Source: Heptranchias perlo
Lineage: Eukaryota
Direction: 5' to 3'
Length of the DNA stretch: 64,000 nt
Assembly: GCF_035084215.1 (NCBI RefSeq)
Contig: NC_090331.1
Location: 32,488,001 to 32,552,000 of the forward strand
Every line of letters begins with the position of its first letter. Position 1 is the first letter of the stretch. Positions 11,978 to 25,460 of this stretch are shown in pieces. The position numbers and the translations under genes are program-made. The notes beneath the pieces were generated by a model that was not told where the DNA came from, did no database searches, and worked only from the letters and a program-made list of their open reading frames with translations.

Positions 11978-14159
11978 TTACTTTTTTTGCTCTCAGTTAG
12001 GGCAGTGGTTTAAACTAAGAGCTGGTAGACTGTAACTTGCTATTGCTTTATTAAATTAATAACTTAAGCTAGATAAACTAATTAGTTAATAAAACAAAAT
12101 ATCAAATGAATAAAAACTTTAACTAATTAAATGTATAAAACAAGGTTAGATAGGGTTGGCAGGGCAGGTGGTGTGTCATAACTGCAGCAAGTGGGAGTTG
12201 GTGGAGACCAGTGAGATCCCGAGCAGCCATATCTGCAGTAAGTGTCTGCAACTCGAGGAACTTCGGCTCAGAGTTGTTGAGCTGGAGTCCGAGCAGGAGA
12301 CATTGCGAAGCATCAGAGGGGAAGAGTTACCTGGACACTTTGATCCAGGAGGCAGTCACAGCTCTTAGGTTAGGTAGTAGTTTAGATTTGCTTAGTGGTC
12401 AGGGACAGAAGGCTGTGACTGCAAGTCAGGCAGGTATGGGGACCCAGGATGCAGTGATGGAGGAGCCTCAGCCTTTGACCCTGTCCAACAGCTACAAGGT
12501 ACTTGCTACCTGTGTGGATGAGAAGAAAGACTTCAGGGAGGATGGGCAATTTGATCACAGTACCTTGGTACAGGAGGCCATTCAAGTGGGGGAAGTAAAA
12601 AGAAATGTGGTAGTGTTAGGGGATAATAGTTAGGGGGTAGATATTGTTCTCTGCAGCCACAACCGGGAGTCCCCGAAGGCTGTGTTGTCTGCCTTGTGCT
12701 AGGGTTAAGGATATCTCCTCGTGGCTGGAGAAGAACTTGGAACATGAGGGGGAGGATCCAGTTATCGTGGTCCATGTAGGAACCAACCACATAGGCAGAA
12801 CTAGGAATGAGGTTCTGCTGAGGGAGTTTGTGGAGATAGGGTCCAAATTAACAAGCAGAATCTCAAAGGTAATAATCTCTGGATTACTACCAGAGCCACG
12901 TGCAAATTGGCATAGGGTCACACCGATCAGAGCGTGGCTCAAAGGAGTGGGAGACAGGGGTTTCAATTCAAGGGGCACTGACACTAGTACTGGGAAAAGA
13001 GGGAGCTATTCCGTTGGGGCGGGTTCCACTTAAACTGGGCTGGGACCGGGGTCCTGGCGAATCAAATAACTAGCGTGGTCGATAGGGCTTTAAACCAAAA
13101 AGGGGGAGGGGGGGGTTCAGGTAAGGGTAAATTTATAAATCCAAAGAAAAAAGTCAAGATCATAGAGCAGTGCAGTGATCTGGGTAAAGATAAGCAGAGT
13201 GTGTCAGGAAGGGACAGAGAGTTTAACAGTAATAGCGTATCAGTGAATAAGCTCAAATCAGGGAAAAATAGTAAAAAGTTAAAATTAAAGGCACTTTATC
13301 TGAATGCATGAAGTATTCGTAACAAGTTAGACGAACTAATGGCACAAATAGAGATAAATGGGTTTGATCTAATAGCTATTACTGAAATGTGGTTGCAAGG
13401 TGACCAAGGTTGGGAACTAAATATTACAGGGTACTTGACTTTTAGAAGTCAAGACAAAATGGAAAATGAGAGGGCAGGGGGTAGCCCTGCTAATAAAGGA
13501 TGGCATAAAGGCAGTAGTGAGAAAGGATCTTGGCTCAGAAGATCAGGAAGTAGAATCAGTATGGGTGGAGATAAGAAATAACAAGGGACAAAAAACACTA
13601 GTGGGAGTAGTTTATATGTCCCCTAATAGTAGTTATACTGTTGGACAGAATATTAATCAAGAAATAAGAGGAGCTTGTAACAAAAGTAATGCAATAATCA
13701 TGGGGGACTTTAATCTTCATATAGACTGGGCAAATCAAATTGGCAAAAGTAGTTTGGAGGACAGTTTCCTAGAACAATACGTTGTGGAACCAACCAAGGA
13801 ACATGTTATTTTAGATTTTATCGTGTGCAATGAGACAGGATTAATTAGTAATCTCATAGTAAGGGATCCTGTGAGGAAAAGTGATCATAATATAATAGAA
13901 TTTCACACCGAGTTTGAGAGTGAAGCAGTTAAGTCTGAAACTAGAGTCTTAAACTAAATCAAAGCCAATCACATAGGTATGAGGGGCAAGGTTGATTGGG
14001 AAATTAGATTAAAAGATAAGCAATGGCGAACATTTAAACAAATATTTCATAATTCTCAATGAATATAAATTCCATTGAGGAATAAACACCCAGGGGAAAA
14101 GTGATCCGTGGTTAACTAAAGAAGTTAAGGCTGGTATTAGATTAAAAGAGGCTTATAAT

Positions 14160-14242
14160 CATAGAAATCATAGAATCATAGAAAGGTTACAGCACGGAAG
14201 GAGGCCATTCGGCTCATCGGGTCCGCGCCGGCTCTATGCAAG
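14160..14242 (-). mobile_element. ~83-bp CR1 3' stub nested in ORF2 of the larger CR1
   Basis: Reverse complement resembles 8264-8341 (tail plus hairpin); the host sequence gaggcttataat|gttgccaag resumes afterwards. Confidence 0.88.
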
Positions 14243-16859
14243 ATGTTGCCAAGAAGAGTTGTAAGCCTGAGAATTGGGAGTGTTTTCGAAACCAGCAAAG
14301 GATGACTAAAAAATTGATAAAGAGGGAGAAAATAGAATGAGAGTAAACTTGTAAGGAATATAAAAACATATTGTAAGAGCTTCTACAAAAATGTAAAATG
14401 AAGAAAGTAGTGAAAGTAAACGTGGGTCCCTTAGCGGCTGAGATAGGGGAAATTATAATGGAGAATAAGGAAATGGCAGAGACGTTAAACAAATATTTTG
14501 TATCTATCTACACAATAGAAGACAAAAAAAAATCAGAAATAGTAGGGAACCAAAGGTCTAATGAGAGTGAAGAACTGGAAGTAATTAATATTAGTAAAGA
14601 AAAAGAACTGGAAAAATTAATGGGATGAAAAGCCGACAAATCCCCTGGATCTGATGGCTTACATTCTAGGGTTCTAAAAGAGGTAGCTGCAGAGGTAGCG
14701 GATGCATTGGTTGTGATCTTCCAAAATTCCCTAGATTCTAGAACACTCCCAGTGGATTGGAAGGTAGCAAATGTAACCCTGCTATTCAAGAAAGGAGGGA
14801 GAGAGAAAACAGGGAACTACAGGCCAGTTAGCCTCACATCAGTAGTCAGGAACATGCTGGAATATATTATTAAGGACATGGTAACAGGACACTTAGAAAA
14901 TCATAATAATATGATTAGGCAGAGTCAACATGGCTTTATGAAAGGGAAAACGTGTTTGACAAATCTATTGGGGTTTTTTTGAGGATGTAACTAGTAGGAT
15001 AGATAAAGGGGAACCAGTGGATGTAGTATATTTGGATTTTCAAATGGCATTCGATAAGGTGCCACACAAAAGGTTGTTACACAAGATAAGAGCTCATGGG
15101 GTTGGGGGTAATATATTAGCATGGATAGAGAATTGGTTAATGGACAGAAAACAGAGTAGAAATAAACAAGTCATTTTCAGGTTGGCAGGCTGTAACTAGT
15201 GGGGTGACGCAAGGATCAGTACTTGGGTCTCAGCTATTTACAATTTATATTAATGACTTAGATGAAGGGACCGAGTGTAATGTATTCAAGTTTGCTGACG
15301 ATACAAAGCTAGGTGGGAAAGTAAGCTGTGAGAAGGACACAGAGATATAGACAGGTTAAGTGAGTGGGCAAGAAGGTGGCAGATGGAGTATAATGTGGGG
15401 AATTGTGAAGTTATTCACTTTGGTAGGAAGAATAGAAAAACAGAATATTTTTTAAATGGTGAGAAACTATTACATGTTGGTGATCAGAGAGACTTGGGTG
15501 TCCTGGTACACAAAACACAGAAAGTTGACATGCAGGTACAGCAAACAATTAAGGCGGCAAATGGTATGTTGGCCTTTACTGCAAGGGGGTTGGAGTACAA
15601 GAGTAAGGATGTCTTGCTGCAATTGTACATGGCTTTGGTGAGATCACATCTGGGGTACTGTGTACAGTTTTGGTCTCCTTACCTAAGGAAGGATATACTT
15701 GCCTTGGAGGCGGTGCAACGAAGGTTCACAAGATTGATTCCTGGGATGAAAGGGTTGTCCTATGAGGACAGATTGAGTAGAATGGGCCTATACTCTTGAG
15801 TTTAGAAGAATAAGAAGAGATCTCATTGAAACGTATACGATTCTTAGAGGGCTTGACAGGGTAGATGCTGAGAGGCTGTTTCCCCTGGCGGGAGAGTCTA
15901 GAACTAGGGGGTCATAGTCTTAGCATAAGGGCTGGCCATTTAGGACTGAGATGAGGAGAAATTTCTTCTCTGAAGGTTGGGGAAATTTGGAATTCTCTAC
16001 CCCAGAGGGCTGTGGATGCTTAGTCATCGAGTATATTCAAGACTGAGATCGATAGATTTTTTTGACTCTTAAGGGAATCAAGGGATATGGGGATCGGGTG
16101 GGAAAGTGGGGTTGAAGTCGAAGATCAGCCGTGATCTTATTGAATGGCGGAGCAGGCTCGAGGGGCCGTATGGCCTACTCCTGCTCCTATTTCTTATGCT
16201 CTTACGTTCTTATGACCTTGCTGACAGATGTAGAGAAACGAACATTTCCAGCAAAGTTTTGACTATGTTTTACTTTAGCGGAGACAGTTTAAATTTTAAA
16301 AAAAAGTTTGAAATTATACTGAAAATAGACCAAACACATTTACAGCAATGGTAATAAATCCTCCAGCTGACATCATGGGAATACATTCATTTAACAAAAT
16401 GAATATACATACATATATATAAAAATGTTTGGAAAGAAAAAATGCCTGTTACAGATCTAGGTGCAAGTGATTAATCACAGCACTTAACCTTGCAGTTATC
16501 TATTCCTTTAACAGTCTAAATATACAATATATTAAACTACACTTCCTTACTCCACTCTTGAGCAACGTGTAGTTTAATAAATACACTGCCGGTTATATTA
16601 TTTTGGAAATTAAACTATTTACACCCCCAGCTAGAGGGACAGGACCTTTTTAGCTTGCAGAAGAATATTTGGAATACAGCGAGCGAACCATCTCATTTTG
16701 TTATTCCAACTCTCAGTAAAAATATACCACCTAGTGGCCTAGCTGAAAATAGTTTAGTATTATCCCAAATATGAAAAGTGACAGGCAGCCTGTGGACAAG
16801 AACTTGGATATACCCGACTGAGATGTGACTTTTTTTAAAATTTAAAGATGAAAATGAGA

Positions 16860-18960
16860 CAAGGGTATGGGTACAGTTATTGGCTATTCACAAAGTAATT
16901 GAACAATGTAAAACAGTGATTGAACAATGGGAGGCCTTCAAGGAGGAGATGGTTTGGTTACAGAGTAGACACATTCCCACAAGGGGGTAAGGGCATCCAA
17001 AGCCAGAGCTCCCTGGATGACTAAAGAGAGAGAGATTAAAATGAAACCGTAAAAGGGGGCTTATCATAAATGTAAGATTCATAATATAGTAGAGAACCAA
17101 GCTGAATACAGAAAGTACAGAGGAGATCTAAAAAAGGAAATAAGAGGGTCAAAGAGAGAGTATGAGAATAGATTAGCAGCTAACATAAAAGGGAACCCAA
17201 AAGTCTTTTATAAACATATAAATAGTAAAACAGTAGTCAAAGGAAGAGTGGGGCCGATTAGAGATTAAAAAAATTGTCTTCTGGAGGCAAAGGGTATGGC
17301 TGAGGTAATAAATGAATACATTACATTGGTCTTCATTAGGGAAGAGGATGCTGCCAATGTAGCAGTAGAGGCGGAGGTAGTAGCAATATTGGAGAAGATA
17401 AAAATAGATAAAGAGGAGGTACTTAAAAGGTTGGCAGTACTCAAAAATAGAAAAGTTACCTGGTCCAGATAGGATGCGTCCTAGGTTACTATAGGAAGTG
17501 AGGGTGGAAATTGCAGTGGGTCTGGCTACAATCTTCCAATGCTCCTTAGACATGGGAGTGGTGCCAGAGGACTGGAGGACTGCAAATCTTACACCCCTGT
17601 TCAAAAAAGGGGAGGGGGATAAACCTGGCAATTACAGGCCAGTCAGCATAACGTTGGTGGTGGTGAAACTTTCAGGGACAATAATCTGGACAAAATTAAC
17701 TGGCACTTGGAAAAGTATGGACTAATAAATGAAAGTCAGCACGGATTCATTAAAGGAAAGTCGTATTTGACTAACTTGATTGAGTTCTTTGATAAAGTAA
17801 TGGAGAGTGTTGATGAGGGTAGTGCAGTTGATGTGTATATGGACTTTCAAAAACCTCTTAGCAAAATTAAAACCCATGGGATTAAAGGGACAATGGCAGT
17901 GTGGCTACAAAATTGGCTAAGGGACAGAAAGCAGAGAGTAGTGGTGAATGGTTGTTTTTCAGACTGGAGGGAAGCATACAGTGGTGTTCCCCAGGTGTCA
18001 GTATTAGGACCACTGCTCTTTCTGATATATATTAATGACCTGGACTTGGGTATAGAGGTATAATTTCAAAGTCTGAAATAACATGAAACTCAAATGTAGT
18101 AAACAATGTGGAGGATAGTAACAGACTTCAGGAGGACATAGACAGACTGGTGAAATGGGCAGACACATGGCAGATGAAATTTAACGCAGAGAAGTGTGAG
18201 GTGATACATTTTGGTAGGAAGAAGGAGCAGAGGCAATATAAAATCAATGGTATAATTTTAAAGGGAGACCTAGCAGTGTATGTACACAATTTTTTGAAGG
18301 TGGCAGGACAAGTTGAGAAGGCCATTAAAAAAGCATATGGGATCCTTGGCTTTATAAATAGAGGGATAGAGTACAAAAGCAAGGAAGTTATGCTAAACCT
18401 TTATAAAATACTGGTTAGGCCTCAGCTGGAGTATTGTGTTCAATTCTGGGCACCACACTTTAGAAAAGATGTCAAGGCCTTAGAGAGGGTGCAGAAGAGA
18501 TTTACTAGAATGGCACCAGGAATGAGGGACTTCAGTTATTTGGAGAGATTGGAGAAGCTGGGGTTTTTCTCCTTAGAGCAGAGAAAGTTAAGAGGATATT
18601 TGATAGAGGTGATCAAAATCATGAACGGTTTTGATACAGTAAATAAGGAGGAACGGTTTCTAATGGCAGAAGGGTCGGTAACCAGAGGACACAGATTTAA
18701 AGTGATTGGCAACAGAACCAGAGACGACAAGAGGAAACTTTTTTTTATGCAGCAAATTGCTATGATCTGGAATGCACTGCCTGAAAGGGTGGTGGAAAGA
18801 GATTCAATAGTAACTTTCAAAAGGGAATTGCATAAATACTTGAAGGGAAAAAAATTACAGGGTTATGGGGAAAGAGCAGTGGAGTGGGATTAATTGGATA
18901 GCTCACTCAAGAGCCAGCACAGGCAAGATGGGCCGAAAGGCCTCCTTCTGTGCTCCACCA
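16860..18960 (+). mobile_element. 5'-truncated CR1 LINE
   Basis: ORFs 17498-18893 with RT and C-terminal CR1 motifs ending ..GYGERAVEWD. Confidence 0.93.
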
Positions 18961-19034
18961 CGAAAGTTTCCAGTCTATGTTACCAACAAGACTAAACAGG
19001 GATATATATTTTGATTATAAGAGGGTAGTTTTAA

Positions 19035-19190
19035 GGGGATTGGCTGGTGCAGTGGATTAGACAATGGCCTTTAACCTTCCAGGCTTGGATTCAAATTTAA
19101 TGAGAATTTCCACTGTCTCCTGGCTGAAAGGGCCCTACATGAAATGAGTTTGTGCAGCCTCAATCCAGTACCTACTGATCATGAAGTTAA
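19035..19190 (+). mobile_element. LF-SINE-like tRNA-derived SINE fragment
   Basis: A/B-box-like head, then ggccctacatgaaatgagtttg..ctcaatccagtaccta, resembling the LF-SINE body as recalled. Confidence 0.5.
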
Positions 19191-19261
19191 GTGCAGATAT
19201 GGATCTTGTTTAACAGAAGCAGTGCAAGCTTCATACTGGATGCAGTGTAACTGAACTTAAA

Positions 19262-19510
19262 AATCACAAGTTTACAGCACAGAAAAAGGCCCTTCAGTCC
19301 ATCGTGTTTGTGCTGACTCTATGCTAGAGCAATTGCAAATTAATCCCACTGCCCTGCCCTCTCCCCATAGTCCTGTATCTTCCTCTGCTTCAAATATGTA
19401 TCCAATTTACCCTTAAAAAATGCAATGGTGTCTGCATCACCAGTCTCTATGGTAAAGCATTTCAGGTTCCAACAACACTCTCCGTAAAGAAATCTCGTCA
19501 AGCTTCTCTT
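19262..19510 (-). mobile_element. CR1 3' fragment
   Basis: acagcacagaaaaaggcccttcagtccatcg end motif plus ORF2 C-terminal remnant. Confidence 0.75.
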
Positions 19511-19644
19511 TCTCCTGGTAACATGAAGTGAATTTTAAGTTTCCATGTTTCAACAGCTTTGTAAACTTTATTTCTTTATTATGTTAATAAAAAGCATACT
19601 TGTTGACTTTTTACTACCATCAACAGCTAAAAGACATATAAACA

Positions 19645-22096
19645 TCTCCATCTCAACTCATCATGCTCTCTCTCCTCTGACTTCACTGTCCTCCTATCCT
19701 CCTTTAATCTCTCCCTCCATATAAACTCCCCTACCCATATTCGTGGCCACCCCCTCGACCTTGCCATCTCACGTGGCCTCTCTACTCCCATTGTGTCAAT
19801 CACGGATAAGGCCATCTCTGATCACTTCCTTGTATCCCTCTCCACTCACATCCCCTCCTGACTCAACTTCCTTCTGTGTCTACCCCTGGATAAAGCTTAC
19901 CCCCAGATCACTTACAACGGCACTTTAAAATTCCCAACTGTCTAGCCTTTGGCCCTCCATTCACCATGACATTTCTGCAGCTACCAACCTGCTCAATCGC
20001 ACCCTCACCCCAACCTTTGATGCCCTTGTCCCCATTAAAATCATTACTCTCTCTCACCCCGATCATTCCCCTTGGTACCGCTCTCATCTCCACTCCCTTC
20101 ATTCCAAGGGATGTTGACTTGAATGTTTATGGTAGACAACTGGTTTAGCCAATCATCAACAGAACTGGCTGGATCACATAAAGCACTATCGGGTCCTACT
20201 CTCCTCTGCCAAAACTGCTCACTATTCCAGGATCATCCTGGAATGCAAATATAACACCCGGCTTCTCTCCACTACAAACAGTCGTCTTAAACCCCTCTCC
20301 TCTGCCCCCTCCACCCTCACCTCCAACGAAAAGCGCGAGGAGCTCATGGACTTCTTTGTCACTAAGATTGAGACCATCCGTTCAGCTGCCTCTGCCGCTT
20401 CCCTCCCTTTCCGTAGTCCACCAAGCCAAATTTCCTCTACAGTTCCCCCCTGCCCTAGCCCTTAACTCGCATCTTTCTCTAGTTTCCTTCCTATCTCTCC
20501 CCATGTCCTCTCTGAGCTCATCTTGACCGTGAGTCCCACCTCCTGCTCCCTCGACCCTATTCCCACTAAACTGCTGACCACCCAACTTCCCTTCCTAGCC
20601 TCCATGTTAGCTAATATTGTTAACAGTTCCCTCTCCTCAGGTACTGTCCCCCTCCCCTTCAAATCTGCCGTCATCACCCCTCTCCTCAAAAAACCCACCC
20701 TTAACCCCTCCGTCCTTGCAAACCATCGCCCCACCTCCAACCTCCCTTTCCTCTCTGAAGTCCTTGAACGTGTTGTCGCCTCCCAAATCCGTGCCCATCT
20801 TTCCTACAACTTCATGTTTGAATCCCTCCAATCAGGTTTCCGCCCCACCACAGTACTAAAACAGCCCTTATCAAAGTCACAAATGACATTCAATGTAACT
20901 GTGACCGTGGTAAACTATCCCTTCTCAATCTGTCTGTAGCCTTTGACACGGTTGACCACACCATCCTCCTCCAACGCCTCTCCTCCGTCATCCAGCTGGG
21001 TGGGACTGCGCTTTGCCTGGTTCCATTCTTATCTATCCAGTCGTAGCCAGAGAATCACCTGCAATGGCTTCTCTTCCTGCTCCTGCACTGTTACCTCTGG
21101 AGTCCCCCAAAGTCCCTTGGCCCCCTCCTATTTCTCATCTACATGCTGCCCCTCGGCGACATCATCTGAAAACACGTCAGATTCCACATATCTGATGACG
21201 ACATCCAGCTCTACCTCACAACCATCTCCTTTGACCCCTCTACTGTCTCATTTGTCACATTGCTTGTCCGACATCCAGTACTGGATGAGCAAAAATTTCC
21301 ACCAACTAAATAGTGGGAAGACTGAAGCCACTGTCTTTGGTCCCCGCTGCAAACTCTGTTCCCTAGCTACCGACTCCATCCCTCTCCCTGGCCACTGTCT
21401 AAGGCTGAACCAGATCGTTTGCAACCCTGGCATCTTATTTGACCCAGAAGTGAGCTTCCAACCACATATCCGCTCCATCACCAAGGCCACTTAATTCCAT
21501 CTCCCAGCGCCCGTCTCCAGCCCGCCTCAGCTCATCTGCTGCTGAAACCCTCATCCATGCCTTTGTTACCTCCAGACAGGACTATTCCAATGGTCTCCCA
21601 TCTTCCACCCTCCATAAATTTGAGCTCATCCAAAACTCTGCTGCCCATATCCAATCGCGCACCAAGTCCTGTTCTCCCATCACCGCTGTGCTCGCTGACC
21701 TACAATGGCTCCCGGTCCGGGAATTTTAAAATTCTCATCGTTTTCAAATCCCTCCGTGGCTCGCCCCTCCCTATCTCTGTAACCTCCTCCAGCCCTAAAA
21801 CCCTCCAAGATCTCTGCGCTCCTCCAATTCTTGTCTTTTGCGTATCTCCGATTTTAATCGCTCCACCATTGGCAGCCGTGCCTTCAGCTGCCAAGGCCCT
21901 AAGCTCTGGAATTTCCTCCCTAATCCTCTCCTCCTTTAAGACGCTCCTTAAAACCTACCTCTTTGACCAACTTTTGGTCACCTGTCCTAAAACCTCCCTA
22001 TGTGGCTCGGTGTCAAATTTTGTTTGATAACGCTCCTGTGACGTTTTACTACGGTAAAGGCTCTATATAAATGCTAGTAGTAGTTGTTGTAGTTGT
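19645..22096 (+). mobile_element. L2-clade LINE, 5'-truncated
   Basis: PTSCSLDPIPTKLL..KKPTLNPSVLANHRPTSNLPFLSEVLERVVASQ; C-rich plus strand; tail tatataaatgc(tag/ttg)n. Confidence 0.9.
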
Positions 22097-22203
22097 AAAT
22101 AGAAACAGTACTGCGATAATATAACTCAGCACTTCTGGCTTCAAGAAAGTTCCAATTTTAAATCAGTACTTGCAGTATGCGTAACCATAAAAAGAAAAAA
22201 TAC

Positions 22204-22358
22204 CTCTGAATGCGATGCTTCCTGCATATAAATGCAAATATCCGCCTTAGGCCAACCATTACTGGATCCCAGTTATTATAGTGGCATAAAAGAGTTGCAA
22301 TGAAAAAAGATAGAAAGACTGGAACCGATCCTGCAAATAATAACCATGAAAACTCCAC
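22204..22358 (-). CDS. SLC35F5: SLC35F5 coding exon ([52 protein letters not shown])
   Basis: 155-bp exon, ttctAG / GTattt; lies within ORF 22158-22358. Confidence 0.97.
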
Positions 22359-22850
22359 CTAGAAAATTAAAAAAAATAAGAACTTATAAAAGGATGCAAT
22401 CTTTTCCCCCGAGTTTACTTTTTAAATTTTAAAAAAGATAATTTTTGATTTATAAAAGCACTTCTTGCTCAGCCTCATTTTACTCTTTTTATTTTTAAGT
22501 TAAACTGTTTTTAACAGCTTTTGCCAAGATATATTTTTACAGTTTTACACAGAGTTATATATAATACACATATACATTACGTTTTTTTATTAGAAAAACT
22601 GCTCTGATATAACATTTTTTATTACAATAAAAGATTTGGCATCAACTGCTATAGTTATTGTGAATGACCCCATTTTGCTCAATGAAGGACAGCAGAACTT
22701 TAAGGGTGAATGTCAAGTGTTAGCAATTCTCACAGAATTACATAGAATCTACAGCACAGAAACCGGCCATTTGGCCCAACTGGTCTATGCAAGTGTTTAT
22801 ACTCCATTCGAGCCTCCTCCCGCCATGCCCCTGTATCCCTCTATTCCCTT

Positions 22851-23582
22851 CTCCCTGGCCACTGTGAGGCTGAACCAGACCGTTCGCAATCTTGGCATCC
22901 TATTTGACCCTAAGATGAGCTTCCGACCACATATCCAGTCCATCACCAAGACTGCCTACTTCCACCTCCGTAACATCACCTGTCTCTGCTCCTGCCTCAG
23001 TTCATTTGCTCCTGAAACCCTCATCGATGCCTTTGTTAACTCTAGACTTGACTATTTCAATGCTCTCCTAGCGGGCCTCCCACTTCCACCCTCCGTAAAC
23101 CTGTGCTCATCCAAAACTCAGCTGCCCGTATCCCAACTCGCGCCAAGTTCCGTACATCCACCAGCCCTGTGCTCGCTAACTTACACTGGTTCCCGGGAAC
23201 GTGTTGATTTTAAAATTCTCATCCTTGTTTTCAAATCCCTCCATGGCCTCAGCCCTCCCAATCTCTGTGACCTCCTCCAGCCCTACAACCGTCAGAGATC
23301 GTTGCACTCCTCCAATTCTTGTCTCTTGCACATCTCTGATTTTAATCGCTCCACTATTGGCGGCCGTGTCTTTAGCTGCCTAGGCCGTAAGCACTAGAAT
23401 TCCCTCCCTAAACCTCTCCGCCTCTCTCTCCTCCTTTTAAGACGCTCATTAAAATCTCTCTCTCAACTGTCCTAATACCTCCTTATGTGGCTCAGTGTCA
23501 AATTTTGCTTGATAATCGCACCTGTGAAGTGCCTTGGGACGTTTTACTATGTTAAAGGCGCTATATAAATGCAAGTTGTTGT
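22851..23582 (+). mobile_element. L2 3' fragment nested in CR1
   Basis: Homologous to 21383-22096; tail gcgctatataaatgcaagttgttgt. Confidence 0.9.
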
Positions 23583-24736
23583 ATGCATTATGCCTCCCTT
23601 AAATGCATCAATGCTATCTGCTTTAACCACTCCATGTGGCAGCAAGCTCCACATTCTAACCATGCTGTGTAAAGAAATTCCTCCTAAATTCTTTATTTGA
23701 TATGTTGGTGGCTATCTTATATTCATGCCCCTTGTTCAGAACTCACCAACAAATGGAAACAGTTTCTCCAAATCCAGTCTATCAAACCCCATTGTAATTT
23801 TAAACTTATGTATCAGATCACCTCTTAGTCTTCTCTTTTCCAGAGAGTAAGAGCCCCAACCTGCTTAATCTTTCCTGATAGTTGGAACTTCTCAATTCTG
23901 TTAACTTCCTTGTAAATCTTTCCTGCACTTTCTCCAGTGCTTCACGGTCCTTTCTGTAGTATGGTGACAAGAACTGCACACAGTACTCTAAGTGTGGTGC
24001 AATCAAGGTTCTATATAAATTTAATATTATTGCCTGCTTTTGTATTCTATTCCGCCAGAAATGAATCCAGTTTGCACACTTTATGGTCTTATCAATTTGT
24101 GTTGTTAATTTTAGTGATTTATGTATCTGTATTCCTACCTCTCTCTGCTCTTCTACCCCATTTAGTTTCTTACCTTCCAAAGAATAAGTGGCCTTATTCC
24201 TCCTACCAAAATGAACCATTGTACTCTTCGTTATATTGAATTTAATTTGCCATTTATCTGTTTGTGTCTTTCAGTATTTTGGTGCAGCTCTCCACATTAA
24301 TAGTTATACCCCCTCCAATTTGGTATCATCTTCAAATTTTGACACCATACCTTCAAATTCTGAGTCGAACTAATTTATGTATATGGTGAACAATAGTAGT
24401 CCCAACACGGAACCCTGTGGGACACTACTTTCCACTTACTGCCAGTCTGAGAAACTTCCCTTAACTCCCACCCTCTGTTTTCTGTTTTGTAGCCATCTTT
24501 CAATCCAGTCTACTACCTGACTCCATACACCTTGACTTTTGTTATGAGTCACTCATATGGCATGTTATTGAAGGCCTTCTGAAAGTCCATGTATACTACA
24601 TCCACTGTATTGCCCTTGTCTACTCTGTTATTTCTACAAAGAATTCAATAAGGTTGGTTAAACATGACCTTTCTTTTAGAAATCCATATTGACTATTTTT
24701 AAATTATATTCTCTGTCTCCAGATGTTTTATTATCT

Positions 24737-25460
24737 GGGGGCAGAGTGTCTGCTCGTTTCCGCCAGTAATATCAGCGCAATTCGGGCGCAATCAGCCAAA
24801 CCAGCGCAAAAGATCGGGGAATTTTAAATGTAAGTGAATTACGCCCAAAACCACTTACGTTCGTGTTTTCCGTGATCTTTCACGCTGGTTCAATTTGCCT
24901 GCATCAGGCCCTGCCCACAGAACGGGACACACCCCCAGGTCCAATTTGCAAGATTCCGCTGATTAGGGAAGGCTCTTCAAATTGCACTCGTTTTCTTAGG
25001 CGCACAGGCACTAGTAGGCACGTTTCAAAAGTTTTTACATATCAAAAAATATTTAATTTACTAAGAAACTGACTAGTGTACACAATGAAACTAGTAAATG
25101 GTTCAGCATAATTTTTTAAATCATTTTCAGTGATTTTAAATCAGGTTGCTCACAGGTGGAGGACTGGACACTCTTATTAAAAATGCTTATTTTTGCTGAT
25201 AAACCTATTTTCAGCCGTATTAATAAAACTGCACCAGATTACCATTCTTAAACACATCAAGGAATACTTTTTAATGGAAACATAAAGAAACGATTACATT
25301 CTATTACACTGCCCGATTGCGCTGGTTCGTGGATGATTGCACATTTGTGGTTATGCTAATAAATTTTAGAGGAAACTTGGAATGTAACCTAACCAGCTCA
25401 ATTTCAAGTGCATTTTGGGCCCAATTTCCCGATTGCGCCCAAAGCGGAAACTCTAACCCC
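24737..25460. mobile_element. TIR-bounded non-autonomous DNA transposon (Harbinger-like) nested in CR1
   Basis: gggggcagagtgtctgct versus reverse complement of the right end ggggttagagtttccgct; subterminal gggcgcaatc / gattgcgccc. Confidence 0.7.

Larger units (their letters stand above)
10224..16214 (+). mobile_element. Full-length but decayed CR1 LINE (array, 5'UTR, ORF1, ORF2, tail)
   Basis: ORF1 remnants from 12156 (CHNC..CSKC zinc finger, VVLGD, HVGTNHI); endonuclease (IAITEMWL, IMGDFN, SDHN) and RT (NYRPVSLTS, FDKVPH, FADD) remnants with many stops and frameshifts; tail ttcttatgctcttacgttcttatg. Confidence 0.95.

Noticed and set aside
22636-23397. 253-aa ORF as a gene
   Set aside because: Chance read-through of intron DNA, an antisense CR1 end and an L2 fragment.
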